Of a stretch of 28,498 bases of DNA, positions 26,701 through 28,498 are shown in pieces. How positions within the stretch are numbered: position 1 is the first letter of the stretch; every line of letters starts with the position of its first letter. The stretch is from a virus (Duplodnaviria; Caudoviricetes). The position numbers were made by a program, and so were the translations under genes. Under the pieces are notes generated by a model. That model ran no database searches. It saw only the letters and a program-made list of their open reading frames with translations, and was not told the DNA's origin. The stretch lies in IMG/VR virus record IMGVR_UViG_3300012971_000070, positions 1 to 28,498 of that record, one strand, 5' to 3'.

Positions 26701-27015
26701 CTTGATTCCCGCTCTTCTCGCGGCTACCTCTGCCTGTACGTGACTTGAGATATTTCCGTGTTCGGTGACCGCGAGAGCGTTGAGGCCGATCTCGGTTGCC
26801 CTTCTTACATGAGCCTCTGGTAGTGCGTAGCCGTCCCCATATGAGAACGTAGTGTGATGGTGAAGGGACGCGAAGACCATCTCTTTCGTACGTTGCGGCA
26901 ACCTGCGCGTACGCTTCACTTTTCGAATGATAACAGGTGTGACATGTCCATGCCCATCCCGCCGGACCGGGACGCGGATATCAACAAATTCTGTTTCGTG
27001 ATGCTCAGGCATCAC
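23719..27015 (-). CDS. dnaE: DNA polymerase III alpha subunit (family C)
   Basis: PHP motifs (HHHTTFS..DG, TEHGN, DCHY), 'GPARGSSAGSL', catalytic 'PDVDVD' and 'KLDFLGL', 'YAFNAAHAVSY' and HhH. The exact start is uncertain (27015/27012 or ~26880). Confidence 0.95.
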   Translation of the reverse strand: MMPEHHETEFVDIRVPVRRDGHGHVTPVIIRKVKRTRRLPQRTKEMVFASLHHHTTFSYGDGYALPEAHVRRATEIGLNALAVTEHGNISSHVQAEVAARRAGIKPIFGVELYTGELGENATQRKNHLTVLAEDEQGYQNLLQLVTKTYAEGFYYEPTATGRMLLDHSHGLVVLSGCQGSALFTALVGGKHVQEDEASYGRAKRVASQYKRVLGDRYYIEVQAFPELEKTRQANPFLVQIAEELRIPYVVTFDCHYTMPEEKEMQKILHNLRPGERRTIEEMAREWGYDSNLCLPWSDSVVLRKLQATGLSHEQSLRAVITTREVADRCSVELPSLPMLRFPVPSGYEDSVQLWRAWLKRGWHERGVENLSIRERRQYADRLRHEMKIIENKDFVDYFLVVADAIQYAKDHDIGVGPARGSSAGSLACWLLRITEVNPMLYPDDLIFERFIDVTRQDLPDVDVDFNSERRSEVYEYLLGKYGDGRVGNVGTFTKYKGKNSLDDAARVFHVPTWEIDRIKDVLIERSSGDLRASATIEDTAEQFPQAREVFEKYPDLGAALDLEGNYKGFGVHSAGLVVSTGPLTAVAATYQRVVKGEVRQVISMDKYDAEKKGLLKLDFLGLTNMTAIDNMRKEMGWSLDELYGIDVHNPELIKGFAANDVIGIFQFEGPACRYVNGALQPETFKHVYDVTALARPGPLHNGAANEYIDIKWGRKPIEQIHPAMSNICDATYGQVVYQEQILRILGEIGGFDHTHRAEVRRIISRKIGEQEFNRRWGRFRDGATRLHDMEEEVARKIWMTCITAGAYAFNAAHAVSYGMIASHAMWFKRYEPELFYKHMLRVSNDDRQRTLLRDTQRKGRKMTIRPPEPQHSDVTWTSDNGELVAGFSQVPGIGDITSQKIVEYRNTDEIRDWDDLLNVSGIGPKTLETIVEFANKGDDPFGALWLDRAIAAVKQEIKSGKLPVPRPTHLAEDFPYERGPIDIECVWLGTLFSRNERDLFEFNQAKGADLDMSDPKHPLLNGKPVKDPHLDKWVVMVGHDESDQIGLRVDRWRYPRLRDKVWKIRPGKDLVLVRGVKPGWMPTRQITINELWIIDPEI

Positions 27016-27199
27016 TCAAGATTTCGGACCACACACATTCACCGCCGTTAGGGTAACCCTTACCGTGGCGGATGACTACTACCTCACGATCGTCTAGCAC
27101 GCTAATAGCGATGTTTTCAGATCCGTCGATGAGTGGTACCACTGCTTCTTCACAAAATACATCGAACCATTTGTTGGCTACACGATATTTGATTATCAC
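27005..27199 (-). CDS. Small hypothetical protein
   Basis: Fills the gap between coupled genes, overlapping both neighbours. Confidence 0.55.
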   Translation of the reverse strand: MIIKYRVANKWFDVFCEEAVVPLIDGSENIAISVLDDREVVVIRHGKGYPNGGECVWSEILSDA

Positions 27200-27519
27200 T
27201 TTAGTTGCCTCACCGCGAAGTTCGAGTAGTTGATGATGTCGAGGAGCTCTCCGGCCATACTGTTGAGTATCTGCTCTCGGAGATCTGGATCCTTTTTGTG
27301 TGCAAGAATCTCGAAGGAGCGAGACAGGCGGTCTGCCTTGATCTTGATTGAGTTGACCTGATCCTTGGCTTCGTATTCTTTCCAGAGACCCTGCCGTACC
27401 TGTTCTCGCTCGTAATGGATGAGTAGTGCTTCACGGATGACTGCCATGTACTCGATGAAGTCGTTCTCGCTGATCGATTCCTCCGGTGGTGGTGGAATCA
27501 GCAGGTCTGGATCTTCCAT
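27196..27519 (-). CDS. All-alpha MazG-like/Nmad1 (DUF1599-like) protein
   Basis: GGAGG RBS before ATG 27519. 'W.E......IKIKADRL...ELLDIINYSNF' resembles the KxxRL...DLxNY pattern of nucleotide-modification-associated domain 1. Confidence 0.5.
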   Translation of the reverse strand: MEDPDLLIPPPPEESISENDFIEYMAVIREALLIHYEREQVRQGLWKEYEAKDQVNSIKIKADRLSRSFEILAHKKDPDLREQILNSMAGELLDIINYSNFAVRQLK

Positions 27520-28279
27520 CCAATGCCTCCATGATTTGAGTGGCTTTGATATAGCTCGTGTACATCGTGATACCATGCTTCCACTCTGCCCATCTACCGC
27601 AGCGATGTACCGTGGGCCAGCAGTCGCAGGTGTTGTCTATTGCTTTGACTCCTTTCTCCCATTCGGGATCGCCCGTGTCCATCCAGCTTGTTGACTCGAT
27701 CGAACACAGCCCGCCTAGAATAGACCAGCGGTACCAATGGTCCGATCGTAGCCCATTGTAGACAACGATCTCGTGATCCTTATCTGCTTCTGGCGTGGGC
27801 AGTCGCTTGATCCAGTAATCTTGGCTACGGAACTCGTGCTCCTCCGGTTTCAGGCAGACATTCCACATCGGAATGGTACTGATGATGGTATCGTACATGC
27901 CGATCAATTGTGGCATGTCTTCGGTCTGGACCAAGTAGTCGCTAATGTCGTCCTCGTATCGTCGCCAGAGCTCGCTGTACGCGCGTAAGACATTCCAGGA
28001 AGGATACACCTGCCAGTAGTGATCCCAGCCGGTCTCGCGGTCAGGATCACGGTACACTTTCATCGCGTACTCTCGTGCTGTACCGATGCGCACAAATTGA
28101 ATGGTGCCCTCCGGATACTCTGGCGTCAAGCCTGGTATTGTCCCGTGTAGATGTTGACTGCCGGGGATGTCTGACTTCTCCTTCTTGCTGATGATGTGCG
28201 GGACATGACCAGCCTGCTCTACCGCGTGTGCCACTAATAGACCTGTCGGCCCGCAGCCGAGCACGCCAATGTTCTTCAT
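27431..28279 (-). CDS. FAD-dependent oxidoreductase (remote UDP-galactopyranose mutase-like motifs)
   Basis: N-terminal Rossmann 'IGVLGCGPTGL', 'GSQHLH', 'IISTIP' and C-terminal 'GRWAEWK'. Confidence 0.7.
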   Translation of the reverse strand: MKNIGVLGCGPTGLLVAHAVEQAGHVPHIISKKEKSDIPGSQHLHGTIPGLTPEYPEGTIQFVRIGTAREYAMKVYRDPDRETGWDHYWQVYPSWNVLRAYSELWRRYEDDISDYLVQTEDMPQLIGMYDTIISTIPMWNVCLKPEEHEFRSQDYWIKRLPTPEADKDHEIVVYNGLRSDHWYRWSILGGLCSIESTSWMDTGDPEWEKGVKAIDNTCDCWPTVHRCGRWAEWKHGITMYTSYIKATQIMEALDGRSRPADSTTTGGIDQRERLHRVHGSHP

Positions 28280-28497
28280 TTCAAGAGGTCTCCTATGCGG
28301 TTTGAAACTTCTCGTAGAGTAGTGTAGATGCCCTGAAGTTCTTCGCGAAGATTATCATCAAGAGCAGGAGATTCCCAAAGATCCTCCTCTGGAAGAAACC
28401 AGTTTGGATCTTGCCAAACATCGAGGGTATTTGTGTGATTGTTATAAGGGACGACTTGCGCATTGAATCTTCCTTCTTGACCCCTGTATGGACCGGG
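28276..28497 (-). CDS. C-terminal part of a hypothetical protein (runs off the window)
   Basis: Open frame ...PGPYRGQEGRFNAQVV...EVSNRIGDLLK*, whose TGA overlaps the next ATG (ATGA). Confidence 0.6.
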   Translation of the reverse strand, partial: PGPYRGQEGRFNAQVVPYNNHTNTLDVWQDPNWFLPEEDLWESPALDDNLREELQGIYTTLREVSNRIGDLLK

Positions 28498-28498
28498 A

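Noticed and set aside
28276-28497. dUTPase/dCTP deaminase call from 'PGPYRG'
   Set aside because: Only a loose resemblance to DPGYRG, and the downstream sequence lacks the other motifs.

Overview
A 28.5 kb fragment of a tailed, contractile-tail (myovirus-type) phage, probably infecting an actinobacterium. The host call is inferred from the Rpf-like, M23 and HU-like proteins and moderately high GC. The + strand (1-19866) is one tightly coupled virion operon. It runs: portal (partial), protease/scaffold with nested starts, decoration protein, major capsid, head-tail joining genes, sheath, tube, a chaperone with a -1 frameshift site, tape measure, LysM protein, a hub carrying lysozyme-like and M23 domains, spike-fibre fusion, second fibre, wedge, baseplate J, tail I-like, collar fibre and a LuxR-type HTH. 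The - strand (19863-28498) is a converging replication/nucleotide-metabolism arm. It encodes a GT-A glycosyltransferase, a divergent ThyX, an HU-like protein, a secreted Rpf-like transglycosylase, DnaE, a MazG/Nmad1-like protein and a small FAD oxidoreductase. The best candidates for novelty are (1) a possible DNA base modification/glycosylation pathway, (2) an unannotated 29-aa polyacidic GTEEE-repeat peptide after dnaE, and (3) a structured leader that can occlude the RBS and start codon of the Rpf-like gene. All functional calls come from motif recognition by eye; no database searches were run.
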